This document shows, piece by piece, positions 30,223-40,286 of a DNA stretch of 64,000 bases (the stretch's first letter is position 1; each line of letters begins with the position of its first letter). The DNA comes from a bacterium (GTDB lineage Bacteria > SZUA-182 > DTGQ01 > JAFGSM01), in contig JBLIRP010000001.1 of the NCBI GenBank assembly GCA_049472355.1, forward strand, positions 26,993-90,992, in the 5' to 3' direction. Both the position numbers and the translations under genes were made by a program. The notes beneath the pieces are model-generated. The model saw only the letters and a list, made by a program, of their open reading frames with translations. It did no database searches and had not been told where the DNA came from.

Positions 30223-31010
30223 TGAGATTGGCCATTGTAATCCCTGCACGCTATGGATCGACGCGGTTTGAAGGAAAGCCCCTTGCCCCCCTTCTGGGCA
30301 AGCCCATGATTCGGCATGTGTACGAGCGTGCCGCAAGGGCTCGCCTGGCGGATGCAGTGGTGGTGGCGACCGACGATGATCGAATCGCCTGCTCGGTGAA
30401 GGGTTTCGGGGGAACCGTGGTCATGACCTCCGCCAGCCATCAAACCGGCACGGATCGAATTGCGGAGGTGGCGGAAGGGCTTGATGTTGAATGGATTATA
30501 AACCTCCAGGGGGATGAGCCCTTGATACAGCCGGAGATCATCGACCTGCTTGCACGGTCCATGATGGGGTCCCCTCACGAGCATATGTTCAGCCTCATGC
30601 GTCCCGTGGCTACGGTTGATGAGTACATGAGTCCACACGCGGTAAAGGTGGTCACCGATCACCAGGGATATGCCCTTTATTTTTCACGGGCACCGATTCC
30701 ATGCCCCAAGGGCGGATGGTCAGAGCTACAGGGCGATTCCGAGGGTCATCCGGCGATGAAAAATGCCCATATCCATTGCGGCATCTACGGCTACCGGAAG
30801 GACTTTCTCCTTGCCATTCCATCGATGAGGCCGTCAGTCTTGGAGTGTACGGAGGGGCTGGAGCAGCTTCGGATACTATCCAATGGGCACAGGATCGTGA
30901 TGATCCGCACCGAATACCGGGGCATCGGGGTGGATACGCCCGGGGATATCCCGGTTGTCGAGGATCTGTTGAGAAGGGAAAAAAGATCACTCATGCCCGG
31001 GGCAGGCTGA
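30219..31010 (+). CDS. kdsB: 3-deoxy-manno-octulosonate cytidylyltransferase (CMP-KDO synthetase)
   Basis: [16 protein letters not shown]-terminal motif. 263 aa. ATGA overlap with the upstream gene. Confidence 0.9.
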   Translation: MMRLAIVIPARYGSTRFEGKPLAPLLGKPMIRHVYERAARARLADAVVVATDDDRIACSVKGFGGTVVMTSASHQTGTDRIAEVAEGLDVEWIINLQGDEPLIQPEIIDLLARSMMGSPHEHMFSLMRPVATVDEYMSPHAVKVVTDHQGYALYFSRAPIPCPKGGWSELQGDSEGHPAMKNAHIHCGIYGYRKDFLLAIPSMRPSVLECTEGLEQLRILSNGHRIVMIRTEYRGIGVDTPGDIPVVEDLLRREKRSLMPGAG

Positions 31011-33165
31011 AAACAACCCGGGTGCCCCGGGGATGGTTGTCTTCGATGATGAACTGGCCGTGGTGATCGACGATGATACGATTGACAATGGCGAGGCCGA
31101 GGCCGGTCCCCCCCTTTTTCCGCGAGAAATAGGGCTCCATCAGCTTATCCTTGTCCTCGGGGGATATCCCGGTTCCCCAATCCTCGATTTGAACGGATAC
31201 CATACTATCGTGATTGTTGAAAAATGTCCTGACGTGAAGCCGGCGCTCATCCGTCATTGATTCATACCCATTGTCCAGCAGGTTGATCATGACCCGCTTT
31301 ATCTGATCCCTGTCCATCATTACATGCGGGAGGGACTCGTCGATCGCCATATTCACCGTGCAGTCGGGATGAATGGTGCAGTAAAGGGAAACCGTCTGGC
31401 TGACAAGTGTTCCCAAGTCCTCCGATTTCAGAATCGGATCGGGCATCCGGGCGAATTGTGCGAATTCATCGATAAGCGTCTTGAGCCCCTGCGATCCCTG
31501 AATGATGGTCTCCGTGCACTCCTGCATGAGATCCCGCTCCTTTCCCTCCAAGAACTGGAATTTTCTCCACAGCCGCTCGGCGGAAAGCTGAATGGGCGTA
31601 AGGGGATTCTTGATTTCATGGGCGAGGCGTCGTGCCACCTCCTGCCAGGTGGCGATCTTTTGGGCCTTGATCAACTGGGTCAAATCATCGAATACGATCA
31701 GCAATCCCATCTCGCCCTCCTGGCTGTAAAGCTTGGCAATGCTCACCAGCAGGGTATTGGTCTGGCCACGAAGACGGATATGGATCTCCTTATCGAATAT
31801 GTCTTCCTTGTCCCCCTTTCGCGAAGGGTCGATGATGTCCTTCAAGGGCCTGAGGGCATCCCTCCCAAATGCCTCATGGTAGGAGCGATTCACCACCCTG
31901 CTCGTGTGAAGCATCAGTATCCTCTCAGCCGCAGGATTGATGGAGGTGATTACACCGTTCATGTCGAGGGTGACCACCCCCGAGGTAATGTTGGCAAGAA
32001 CGGTCTCAATGTCCCTTCGCCTGCGGTCAAGCTCCAGATTGGTCTGCTGTATGCCCGAAAGTGCCCGTTTCAGGTCCTCGGTCATGCGATTGAAGGATTC
32101 CACGAGCATGCCGATTTCATCCTTGGCATCAACCGTTACCTTGTAATCCAGGTTCCCCAGGGACACTTCCTTGGTCCCTTCCGCGAGCTTTTGTATGGGG
32201 ACGGTAATCCCCTTTGCCAGATAGATGCCGAACCATGTGGCGGAGAAGATGATCAGGAGAGTCATGAGAAGAAAGGTGATGAGATAGGTCATCTTGAGCG
32301 GCTTCTTGAACACCCGTCTCTTCTGGTATTCCTCATAGGCATTCTTTATATAGGTAATCTCATCCATAAGCCCGTACGGGTCATAATAGTTGAAGAGAAT
32401 GAGCCCCTCGATCGCCTTGTTGTGTTCACGATAGATGGGAACAACCGCCTCAATGAGGTGCCCTTCGCCGGAACGTTGGATGATCGAGTACTCTTTTCCC
32501 TTCAATCCCTTCTCTATGAGTTCACTGTGGGATCCGGCAAATCGACCCATTGGAACGGATGACGCAGGGAGATTGAGAATCTCCCTGCCGGAGTGGTCGA
32601 GCACCTTCACCGGGCCTAATTGGGACGAGATTTGATGCCGGGCGATCAATTGTTTCAGGCGGCCGTATTTATGAGGCGTCAACAGTTCGTTGGCCAGGAT
32701 TTCATCACTGATCGCCCTGGCGGAGGAAAATGCCTTTCCTATGGAGGAGGTGTAATGCACCTGCGCAATGCGCAGGGATTGCTTGAGATACTCTTCATTA
32801 TGGATATTAAACCAGCTTTCGATGCTCTTGCTGATGAGGTTGCTTCCTACCAGGAAGAGAAGAACCGCGGGGATCAGTGAGAGGCTGACGAATGCCAGGA
32901 TCAGTTTTGTTCTGAACTTGGCCCCCAGGACATTCTGTTTATGCTCGAAATATAATTTTATGAGATTCCTGAAAACGAGGAGTATCAGGATGAGCAGGAG
33001 GATGATATTGAGGTTGAGGACAACGAGGACCTGAATGCTGCTGGGGAGATTTGCCCCTTCCCTCCATTGAAAGAGGTAGCTGAGTGAGATGAACAGGAGC
33101 AGGCCGACGGTGCAGATTGCGATAATCGGTAGTATGGGGTGTTTCTTTTTACGGCCCTTTTCCAT
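30991..33165 (-). CDS. NtrY-like sensor histidine kinase (TM-HAMP-PAS-HisKA-HATPase)
   Basis: N-terminal transmembrane segments, HAMP, PAS, H-box (LAHEIKNPLTPIQLSAERL), and N, G1 and G2 boxes at the C-terminus. Likely start MEKGRKKK. Confidence 0.8.
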   Translation of the reverse strand: MEKGRKKKHPILPIIAICTVGLLLFISLSYLFQWREGANLPSSIQVLVVLNLNIILLLILILLVFRNLIKLYFEHKQNVLGAKFRTKLILAFVSLSLIPAVLLFLVGSNLISKSIESWFNIHNEEYLKQSLRIAQVHYTSSIGKAFSSARAISDEILANELLTPHKYGRLKQLIARHQISSQLGPVKVLDHSGREILNLPASSVPMGRFAGSHSELIEKGLKGKEYSIIQRSGEGHLIEAVVPIYREHNKAIEGLILFNYYDPYGLMDEITYIKNAYEEYQKRRVFKKPLKMTYLITFLLMTLLIIFSATWFGIYLAKGITVPIQKLAEGTKEVSLGNLDYKVTVDAKDEIGMLVESFNRMTEDLKRALSGIQQTNLELDRRRRDIETVLANITSGVVTLDMNGVITSINPAAERILMLHTSRVVNRSYHEAFGRDALRPLKDIIDPSRKGDKEDIFDKEIHIRLRGQTNTLLVSIAKLYSQEGEMGLLIVFDDLTQLIKAQKIATWQEVARRLAHEIKNPLTPIQLSAERLWRKFQFLEGKERDLMQECTETIIQGSQGLKTLIDEFAQFARMPDPILKSEDLGTLVSQTVSLYCTIHPDCTVNMAIDESLPHVMMDRDQIKRVMINLLDNGYESMTDERRLHVRTFFNNHDSMVSVQIEDWGTGISPEDKDKLMEPYFSRKKGGTGLGLAIVNRIIVDHHGQFIIEDNHPRGTRVVFSLPRA

Positions 33166-33820
33166 GGTGGACTGAGGCCTGCTCGATCGTTTCGGGCCGT
33201 TTGGGAATGTCGTCAAGTGACACCCTGACCCAGGGGGTATCCACGTTCCACAATGCCACAAAGGCGAGGAGATAATTCAGGGGGAAGGGAATCTTGATAC
33301 ATTTCATCTCGGCGCGAATCTCGAGGTAATAGCGGCCATCGCGGTCCTTTAATTCGGGTATGGCAAGGTGGACTTCTGAGAGTGTGCTCATCCATCGCAC
33401 CATCTCATTCCAATCCGCCGTGGTGAGGTTCTCTTCGGTGCTTTCCGGGTAGGAACGGATGGCAAGGTATTCCTTTTTCAAGACATCGTAGGTCACGGTG
33501 TGGTGAATGGTAAATTCCCGCACCTCCTTGTCAAACCAAAAGCCGCGCCTTTTTATCACCCGGATCAGAAATTTGAACCTTGTCGGGGCGCCGCTGGTGA
33601 CCGCCTCCGTTATGTCCCGGGTAAATCCCCCTTCAATGGAGGCATCCAGGACAATCCCCTGCGAGGTTTTTAACGCCCGTATATGGGTCAATCTGGCCTT
33701 AGCCCCCTCACAGGGCGTAACGCCGAGCATGACGAGCAGGCATACGGCATTGACCAGGACCATGGCCGGAATGCTCCATGACGTATCCGTGAATCTCCGG
33801 ACCGGACCGCCGTAGTTCAT
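33149..33820 (-). CDS. DUF4390-like periplasmic protein, partner of the NtrY-type kinase
   Basis: Signal anchor plus the conserved gene order DUF4390-then-NtrY seen in many Proteobacteria. It overlaps the kinase start by 17 nt. The track ORF extends to 33904, into the tandem repeat. Confidence 0.5.
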   Translation of the reverse strand: MNYGGPVRRFTDTSWSIPAMVLVNAVCLLVMLGVTPCEGAKARLTHIRALKTSQGIVLDASIEGGFTRDITEAVTSGAPTRFKFLIRVIKRRGFWFDKEVREFTIHHTVTYDVLKKEYLAIRSYPESTEENLTTADWNEMVRWMSTLSEVHLAIPELKDRDGRYYLEIRAEMKCIKIPFPLNYLLAFVALWNVDTPWVRVSLDDIPKRPETIEQASVHHGKGP

Positions 33821-33858
33821 TGTGTCAGGTTTGGGGTCAGGTCTTGAATTGTCAGTTT

Positions 33859-34155
33859 TGTTCTGAAAATATCCTGTATTCATCTGAAAATATGACATTT
33901 TCATGCTTCGTGGCGCCGCAAAGCGGCATGAGGGTTTGCTCCGAAAATATCACATATCCTATTGAAAATAATATTTTCATGCTTCGTGGCGGCCCAAAGT
34001 GGCATGAGGGTTTGTCTCGAAAATATCCTGTATTCATCTGAAAATATAGCATTTTCATGCTTCGTGGCGGCACGAAGTGACATGAGGGTTTGCTCTGAAA
34101 ATAAAATCATATTTTCATGCCTCGTGGTGTAACAGGGTGGTATGAGGGTTTGTTG
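33859..34155. repeat. 4 x ~76-78 bp tandem repeat, each unit containing an imperfect hairpin
   Basis: Unit spans are approximately 33859-33941, 33942-34017, 34018-34095 and 34096-34155. The conserved core is gaaaatat...ttttcatgcttcgtggcgNcNcaaagNgNcatgagggtttg; the fourth unit is degenerate. Confidence 0.7.
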
Positions 34156-34196
34156 CAAAAAACTGATATTTCAAGACCTGACCCCATTCTGTTTTT

Positions 34197-34760
34197 TCAA
34201 TACTCGATGCCCTTTCGTGCCGTGAATCCCTTTTGAAAGGGATGCTTTATCAACCTCATATCGGTGACCAGGTCCGCCATAGCCGTCAGCGCCTCAGTGG
34301 ACCTGAGCCCGGTCAGGATGATTTCCACCTGTTCCGGTTTGGTCCTGAGCAGGTCGATTATCTGACTCTCTTCTATCATACCTATATGGAGGGCTGTCAA
34401 TAGCTCGTCAAAGATAAAGACATCATAGGCGATCCGAGCCATGCCCTCACGGGCGCAGGAAATCTCCTGCGCAATGAGGTCCCTCTCACGTTGCCTTTCT
34501 TTCGATGGAAGGGCGCCGTGAATGAATTCGGCTGTATTGGGCCGGTGAAGGATGAATCGGGGTCCAAGCCGCTCAAAGAGCGCCATTTCTCCCGAAAAGG
34601 CATCCATCGGCTTGAGAAACTGCGCCATATATACCGCCAATCCCTGGCCCAGTGCCCTCATTGCCTGGCCAATGGCGGCAGTGGTCTTACCCTTCCCGTT
34701 TCCACAGTAAATCTGGATGATTCCCCTCTCCAACTGAGGACCCGTGCGATCAGTATCCAT
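34197..34760 (-). CDS. cobO: cob(I)yrinic acid a,c-diamide adenosyltransferase (CobO/BtuR family)
   Basis: P-loop-like GNGKGKTTAA and the RGIIQIYCG start. About 188 aa from MDTD. Confidence 0.8.
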   Translation of the reverse strand: MDTDRTGPQLERGIIQIYCGNGKGKTTAAIGQAMRALGQGLAVYMAQFLKPMDAFSGEMALFERLGPRFILHRPNTAEFIHGALPSKERQRERDLIAQEISCAREGMARIAYDVFIFDELLTALHIGMIEESQIIDLLRTKPEQVEIILTGLRSTEALTAMADLVTDMRLIKHPFQKGFTARKGIEY

Positions 34761-35021
34761 TGTTTTCCGCCCGCATATCAAGAGGTTATGAGGAAGCATG
34801 CGCACGCAGTACCTTCGGGGCAGCGTGACCTCATTCTAACAAAAAACGCACCGGGTGTAAATCTAACCCCCTTGCCTGCCTTCCCGTCCTAACCAAACCA
34901 TATCTTCACCCGGCTTGACAATCTTCACCCGGCGTATTGACCTTCGGAGCGGATATGGTAGATAATACACAGCGACAGTGTGTCATGTCTATCTATTTGC
35001 AACAAAGGGGGATTCGCAACC

Positions 35022-36656
35022 ATGCCCGATACCTTTTACGGCTCGTTTTGTCTCATCCTTCATTCCCACATCCCCTATGTGGTGAACCATGGTCTCATGG
35101 GAGAGGAATGGCTCTTCGAGGCAGCGGCCGAGACGTACATCCCCCTTCTCAATATCTTCAATCGATTGGTTCGTGAAGGGATACAGCCGAAGGTCACCAT
35201 AAATCTCTCGCCTGTGCTGGCCGAGCAGCTCCACATGCCCCTGTTCGGGAAGCGGTTCACGGAATATTGCCGGCAGAAGATCGAATTCGCCATAAGGGAC
35301 GCCGAGGCATTTCGCACCAAGGACAGTCATATGGCCTGGCTGGCAAACCTGTGGAAAAGATTCTACGGCCGGACCCTTCGCATATTTGCGGACGACTATA
35401 AGGAGGACCTCATCGGGGCCTTTAGAGAACTCAACGAGTCGGGCGCTATCGAGGTGATCACGTGCGGGGCTACGCATGCCTATTTTCCCGCGCTTTTACG
35501 TGATCAAAGCATACATGCACAAGTGAAGATGGCGGCCAAGAGCCACGAGGAGCTCATCGGCTCGCGCGCCAACGGCATTTGGCTTCCGGAATGCGGCTAC
35601 CGGCCTTCCGGGAGTTGGAGGCCGCCCTTTTCCCGGTATCGGAATTCCGTCTATTTCAATCATCGACCGGGCATTGAGGAGATCCTGAGTCATAATGGCA
35701 TGAGGTTTTTTGTCATCGATCAGGTGCAATTGCAGAGGGGCTCGCCCAAGGATATCGACCTGTCCCCCCTCGAGATCTTCTGGGTGAAAAACGGCTCGCA
35801 TCCGGTAAGCGTCTTCGTCAGGGATTCAAAGATATCCGAGCAGATATGGAACCACCAGATCGGGTATCCCGGTGATCCCAGCTACCTGGAATTTCACAAG
35901 AAGCATTCACCCGGCCAGCACCGATATTGGAGGATCACCGACCGCAATCTGGACATGGCCTACAAGACACCGTATCATCCCCACGAGGTGAGGAGGGAAC
36001 GGATACCCCAGCATGCCGGCCACTATAAATGGCTCATCAAAAGGGCACTCATGCATCGTTTCCACACCACGGGACAGTCGAGCCTGATTGTCACTGCCTT
36101 TGATTCCGAACTATTCGGTCACTGGTGGTTTGAGGGACCGACATGGCTCTACCAGTTGCTGAAATGGGTCAGGAGCGATCCCGAGATATCCCTCTGCACC
36201 TGTTCGGAGTATCTGGACAGGCAATCACCGCGGCATCTCGTTCACCTTCCGGAGTCTTCATGGGGAAAGGGATACGACAGCAGCACATGGATCAACAGCG
36301 AGGTGGAATGGGTCTGGGAGAGGCTGTATTGGGCGGAGCTTGAAATGGGGTATCTGGTGAACGGCATCGGGTACAGGGAGGAAGAGATCCTCAGGCGGAT
36401 CCTCAGACAGGCGATCAGGGAACTCCTCATCCTCCAGGCCTCGGACTGGGAGTTCATGATAACGAACTGGAGCACCAAGGACTATGCGGAACGGCGCGTG
36501 GTCGAGCATCACGCGGATTTTTCCCGTCTCGCCACAATGGCGTGGTCATACGTCCAGGAAAACGGCATCAATGAGACGGATGAACGATTCCTGAAGGAAT
36601 GCGAGCACAGGGACGCCATCTTTTCCGCCCCGGATCCGGTGTGGTACAAGGACTAA
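35022..36656 (+). CDS. glycoside hydrolase family 57 1,4-alpha-glucan branching enzyme (DUF1957 C-terminal region)
   Basis: GH57 N-terminal signature LHSHIPYV ... GEEWLFEAAAETYIPLL and catalytic region ECGY. About 545 aa. Confidence 0.8.
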   Translation: MPDTFYGSFCLILHSHIPYVVNHGLMGEEWLFEAAAETYIPLLNIFNRLVREGIQPKVTINLSPVLAEQLHMPLFGKRFTEYCRQKIEFAIRDAEAFRTKDSHMAWLANLWKRFYGRTLRIFADDYKEDLIGAFRELNESGAIEVITCGATHAYFPALLRDQSIHAQVKMAAKSHEELIGSRANGIWLPECGYRPSGSWRPPFSRYRNSVYFNHRPGIEEILSHNGMRFFVIDQVQLQRGSPKDIDLSPLEIFWVKNGSHPVSVFVRDSKISEQIWNHQIGYPGDPSYLEFHKKHSPGQHRYWRITDRNLDMAYKTPYHPHEVRRERIPQHAGHYKWLIKRALMHRFHTTGQSSLIVTAFDSELFGHWWFEGPTWLYQLLKWVRSDPEISLCTCSEYLDRQSPRHLVHLPESSWGKGYDSSTWINSEVEWVWERLYWAELEMGYLVNGIGYREEEILRRILRQAIRELLILQASDWEFMITNWSTKDYAERRVVEHHADFSRLATMAWSYVQENGINETDERFLKECEHRDAIFSAPDPVWYKD

Positions 36657-36771
36657 TTGCCTCACAATCGCTTAATTGACTTGACAAAACATGTTTATCC
36701 TCATAAAATATTAATTCGATTTTGTTTACGCGGTGCTCTGTAACCCTTTCCGAAATAAAAGGATATGAAGG

Positions 36772-37218
36772 ATGAGAAAGACATTTAGCGCAAAAAAGGA
36801 AGAGGCCGTAAGGGACTGGTATGTGATCGATGCCTCCGATATGGTCCTGGGACGGTTGGCCACGAACATTGCCACTATCCTGCGGGGAAAGAACAAGCCC
36901 ACCTATACCCCTCACGTGGATACCGGTGATTTTGTGATTGTCGTCAATGCGGACAAGATACGCCTGACAGGGAGAAAATGGGAGCAGAAGGTATACTACC
37001 GGCATTCCGGGTATCCCGGCGGGCTGAAAACGATTACCGCCATGAAGGTGAACGAGAAAAAACCCGATTTCATGATTAAACATGCGGTCCGTGGAATGCT
37101 GCCCAAGAACAAGCTTGGACGCAAGCAGATCAAGAAGCTGAAGGTCTATGCAGGCCCGCACCACAAACATGAGGCGCAGTGCCCGAAGTCTTTGAGCCTT
37201 GCTCCTGTTTCTTCGTAA
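36772..37218 (+). CDS. rplM: 50S ribosomal protein L13
   Basis: 148 aa. [16 protein letters not shown] is a canonical L13 N-terminus. Confidence 0.95.
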   Translation: MRKTFSAKKEEAVRDWYVIDASDMVLGRLATNIATILRGKNKPTYTPHVDTGDFVIVVNADKIRLTGRKWEQKVYYRHSGYPGGLKTITAMKVNEKKPDFMIKHAVRGMLPKNKLGRKQIKKLKVYAGPHHKHEAQCPKSLSLAPVSS

Positions 37219-37227
37219 TATATCGCC

Positions 37228-37869
37228 ATGGATGAGGAAAAAAGGGAGGCGAATGGGGAAGGGATGCCCGGTCACGATTCACGTTACCGAAGAAAGCGAT
37301 TCTATATTCAGAGGATGTTTCAGGCAAAATTCATCCTTGCCTTCCTCCTGCTGGTGATTATCGGCAGCATCGTATCGGGAATCATTTTTTATACCAAGGC
37401 CAATACCTATCTGGGGTATCACTATGGCATGGCGCATTTGAAGCTGAAGAAGACAGGGGAGATCCTGCAACCGGCCCTCTTTATCTCGTACGGCATAGGT
37501 GTTGTTTTGATAGGGATTGCCACCATCTTTTTGACCATTTTCATCTCCCACAAGGTTGCCGGTCCGCTGTACCGGTTCGAGCGCAGTGCAGAGGAGATCG
37601 GCAAAGGCAACCTCACGCTGGTGACCCGTATCAGGGGGACGGATCAGGCACGGGACCTGGCGGACGCCCTCAGTCGCATGACGAGCGAATTGAGGAGTAA
37701 ATTGCTCGAAATTGATTCCAATGCCAAAAGGCTTCACCATGTTGTCGACACCATGGGCAGCCTGATGGAAGGGAAACCTTCCGATATGATGGAGATTAAA
37801 AAGGAATTTGAGGAGCTAAAGCAGGTGACGAGGAATCTGAATCAAGCTGTCCAATATTTTAAGCTTTAG
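37228..37869 (+). CDS. membrane protein with two TM helices and a HAMP domain, no output domain
   Basis: Two hydrophobic helices flank a periplasmic loop. A HAMP-like amphipathic segment follows (VAGPLYRFERSAEEIGKGNLTLVTRIRGTDQARDLADALSRMTSEL). Confidence 0.5.
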   Translation: MDEEKREANGEGMPGHDSRYRRKRFYIQRMFQAKFILAFLLLVIIGSIVSGIIFYTKANTYLGYHYGMAHLKLKKTGEILQPALFISYGIGVVLIGIATIFLTIFISHKVAGPLYRFERSAEEIGKGNLTLVTRIRGTDQARDLADALSRMTSELRSKLLEIDSNAKRLHHVVDTMGSLMEGKPSDMMEIKKEFEELKQVTRNLNQAVQYFKL

Positions 37870-37884
37870 GAATCATGAGCCGAG

Positions 37885-38382
37885 ATGGATCGTACCTATT
37901 ACCCTGTCAAAGGATTATGCTTTATCCTGGTAACCATGCTGCTGATCGCCATCATTACCATTGCTCAGAACACCACGGAAAACGGACACGATTTTATGAA
38001 CGATCCGAATAGGTGCGGTGATTGTCACCTCGGCGAGCCTGTTTTCGGGGAGACTGACTATCGGGACCTCGAATTCACCGACGATATCGTGGCCCTATGT
38101 CAAAGGGAGGAATGCCATCCTGCGGAGACCCTCGGGAGGTCCCATCCGGTGAACATCACCCCACCGGATGATATGGATGTCCCCGAAGACCTTCATCTTG
38201 ACGAATATCTGAACATGACCTGCGCGACATGTCATCAGCCTCATGGGGAGGCGTATACGGTGTTGAAGCCTGCCGATTATGTCCTGCCGGTAGGAGGAAG
38301 CAGCCAGAGTATCTATCCCTCCTTCTATCTGCGGAGGACAAATATACAGAATGCACTCTGTTTTGCGTGTCATAAACGGTAG
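37885..38382 (+). CDS. membrane-anchored multiheme c-type cytochrome (3 CxxCH plus 1 CX4CH)
   Basis: Signal anchor, then CGDCH, CQREECH (CX4CH), CATCH and CFACH heme-binding motifs in 165 aa. Confidence 0.65.
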   Translation: MDRTYYPVKGLCFILVTMLLIAIITIAQNTTENGHDFMNDPNRCGDCHLGEPVFGETDYRDLEFTDDIVALCQREECHPAETLGRSHPVNITPPDDMDVPEDLHLDEYLNMTCATCHQPHGEAYTVLKPADYVLPVGGSSQSIYPSFYLRRTNIQNALCFACHKR

Positions 38383-38391
38383 AAACAATTT

Positions 38392-38808
38392 ATGAATAAG
38401 GAGGATGAAAAAAAGGTGTCTGAATCGTCCTATTATGGAACAGGAAAGAGGAAAACATCGGTGGCCCGTGTGTGGATGAAGCCCGGAGCCGAAGGGATTA
38501 TGGTCAACGGGAGGAGCCCGGAGGAATACTTCAGGATCGTGCGGCTGATAAATATGGTCCGTGACCCCCTGGAGTTGACGGGTACGCTCTCCTCGTTTTC
38601 CATCAACATCAATGTCAAAGGGGGAGGGATTTCCGCCCAGGCCGGGGCCGTCCGTCACGGCATTGCAAAGGCGCTGTTGAATATGGACAATGCCCTTCGT
38701 CTGAAACTCAAAAAGGCGGGATTTCTCACCAGGGACCCACGGGCAAAAGAGAGAAAGAAATATGGTCAACGGGGTGCGCGGGCCCGCTACCAGTTCTCCA
38801 AGAGATAA
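38392..38808 (+). CDS. rpsI: 30S ribosomal protein S9
   Basis: YYGTGKRKTSVARV start and a C-terminal ...RYQFSKR tail. Confidence 0.95.
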   Translation: MNKEDEKKVSESSYYGTGKRKTSVARVWMKPGAEGIMVNGRSPEEYFRIVRLINMVRDPLELTGTLSSFSININVKGGGISAQAGAVRHGIAKALLNMDNALRLKLKKAGFLTRDPRAKERKKYGQRGARARYQFSKR

Positions 38809-38823
38809 TGGTTAGGAAACTTT

Positions 38824-40026
38824 GTGAAGATCATTGAGCAGGGGAATCTCGCACTCGTCAAAGGAATACAAGCCTCCGGCATCCACTGCGGCATAAAGAC
38901 GAGTACAAAAAAGGACCTCGCCCTTGTCTTTTCAGAGTCCCCGGCACATGCCGCGGGGGTCTTTTCGTCCAACAGAATCATCGCAGCCCCCCTTGTCGTC
39001 ACCAGGGAACATCTTTCCGCCGGGCAGGCCCAGGCCATCATTGCCAATAGCGGCATCGCCAACGCAGCGACAGGGCAGAGGGGAATCGATGATGCCCGCC
39101 GGATGGCGCATCTTACCGCCTCCAGCCTCAATATTCCCGAAGATTCGGTGGTTGTTGCATCAACCGGGATGATCGGCAGATTCCTGCCCATGAAAAGGAT
39201 CGAATCCGGCATTCGAGAGGCGGTCTGCGCGCTCTCCACGGACGGGGGTGCGGATGCGGCGGAGGCGATCATGACCACGGACACCTGTCCCAAACATCTC
39301 GCTGTACGGATCAACCTGGAGGGCCGTGCCGTTACCCTGGCCGGGATGGCCAAGGGAGCGGGAATGATTCAGCCCGACATGGCGACGATGCTCGCCTTTC
39401 TCGCCACCGATGCAGCGGTGGAAAGGGATTTTCTCCGGGATGCGCTCCGTGATACCGTAGCAAGGACCTTTAACTGCATCACCATTGATGGCGACACCAG
39501 CACAAACGATATGGTGGTCATTCTGGCAAACGGCCTTTCCGGAAACACGCCGATCAGTGCCCGGAGTAATCTTGCGCAGCCCTTTATGGATGCGCTCGAA
39601 CTCGTATGCAGCAGGCTTTCCCTCATGATTGTGGAGGATGGCGAGGGAGCGACAAAACTGGTCAGTATTGAGGTGCGGGGGGCGAAAACCCACGGTGATG
39701 CGCGCGCAATCGCCTTCAGGATCGCCAATTCCCCCCTGGTAAAGACATCGCTGTATGGCAGGAGGTGTAACTGGGGGCGGATAATGGCCGCCGCGGGATC
39801 GTCGGGTGTTGCCGTAGATCCGGACAGGATAGATATCTTCTACGGCAATGTTCAGGTTGTCCGAAACGGCCTCGGTTTGGGGCGTGAAAAGGAGGCGGAG
39901 GCCCTGCTCGGGTCGAGACAGGTCGCTCTCGCTATTGATCTTCACCTGGGAGACGGGGGTGAAACCGTCTGGACCAGCGATCTTTCACCGGAGTACATCC
40001 ACATCAATGCGGATTACGCCACATGA
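38824..40026 (+). CDS. argJ: bifunctional ornithine acetyltransferase / N-acetylglutamate synthase
   Basis: 400 aa. The ATML autoproteolysis site (PDMATMLAFLATDA) is present. Confidence 0.9.
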   Translation: MKIIEQGNLALVKGIQASGIHCGIKTSTKKDLALVFSESPAHAAGVFSSNRIIAAPLVVTREHLSAGQAQAIIANSGIANAATGQRGIDDARRMAHLTASSLNIPEDSVVVASTGMIGRFLPMKRIESGIREAVCALSTDGGADAAEAIMTTDTCPKHLAVRINLEGRAVTLAGMAKGAGMIQPDMATMLAFLATDAAVERDFLRDALRDTVARTFNCITIDGDTSTNDMVVILANGLSGNTPISARSNLAQPFMDALELVCSRLSLMIVEDGEGATKLVSIEVRGAKTHGDARAIAFRIANSPLVKTSLYGRRCNWGRIMAAAGSSGVAVDPDRIDIFYGNVQVVRNGLGLGREKEAEALLGSRQVALAIDLHLGDGGETVWTSDLSPEYIHINADYAT

Positions 40027-40286
40027 GAACCGTTCATGGATATCCCTTGCGCAACGATGATATCGATGGAAATGTGCGATGTGAGAGGAAACATGCCTTA
40101 GGCATAAAACTTGAATCACCGGATGACATAATAATCACTTGCAAGGATCGCGTTTTTGTGTTAGCATTTCAATGGTTTTAAACAAATACTCACATCCTCG
40201 GATAATGGGCCGGGTGCTGGCACTGCCAATTGGCTCATGGTGTGAAGGGGATGGCGGAACAACAACCCACTTATGGAGGTCGTTGA

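Noticed and set aside
29146-30336. 396-aa minus-strand ORF opposite the dGTPase-like and kdsB genes
   Set aside because: It is antisense to two genes with strong family signatures (HD motif, KdsB N-terminus).
31324-32562. 412-aa plus-strand ORF inside the sensor kinase
   Set aside because: It is antisense to the NtrY-like kinase, which has HAMP, PAS, H-box and ATPase boxes in order.
33859-34155. Possible CRISPR array
   Set aside because: The repeat units are contiguous with no unique spacers and are about 76 bp long. No cas genes are present in the window.
33852-34158. Two 73-85-aa minus-strand ORFs (MPPRSMKMLYFQMNTGYF..., ...HENAIFSDEYRIFS...)
   Set aside because: They are translated read-through of the 76-bp tandem repeat. 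Their periodic amino-acid sequence mirrors the DNA repeat, and there is no start context.
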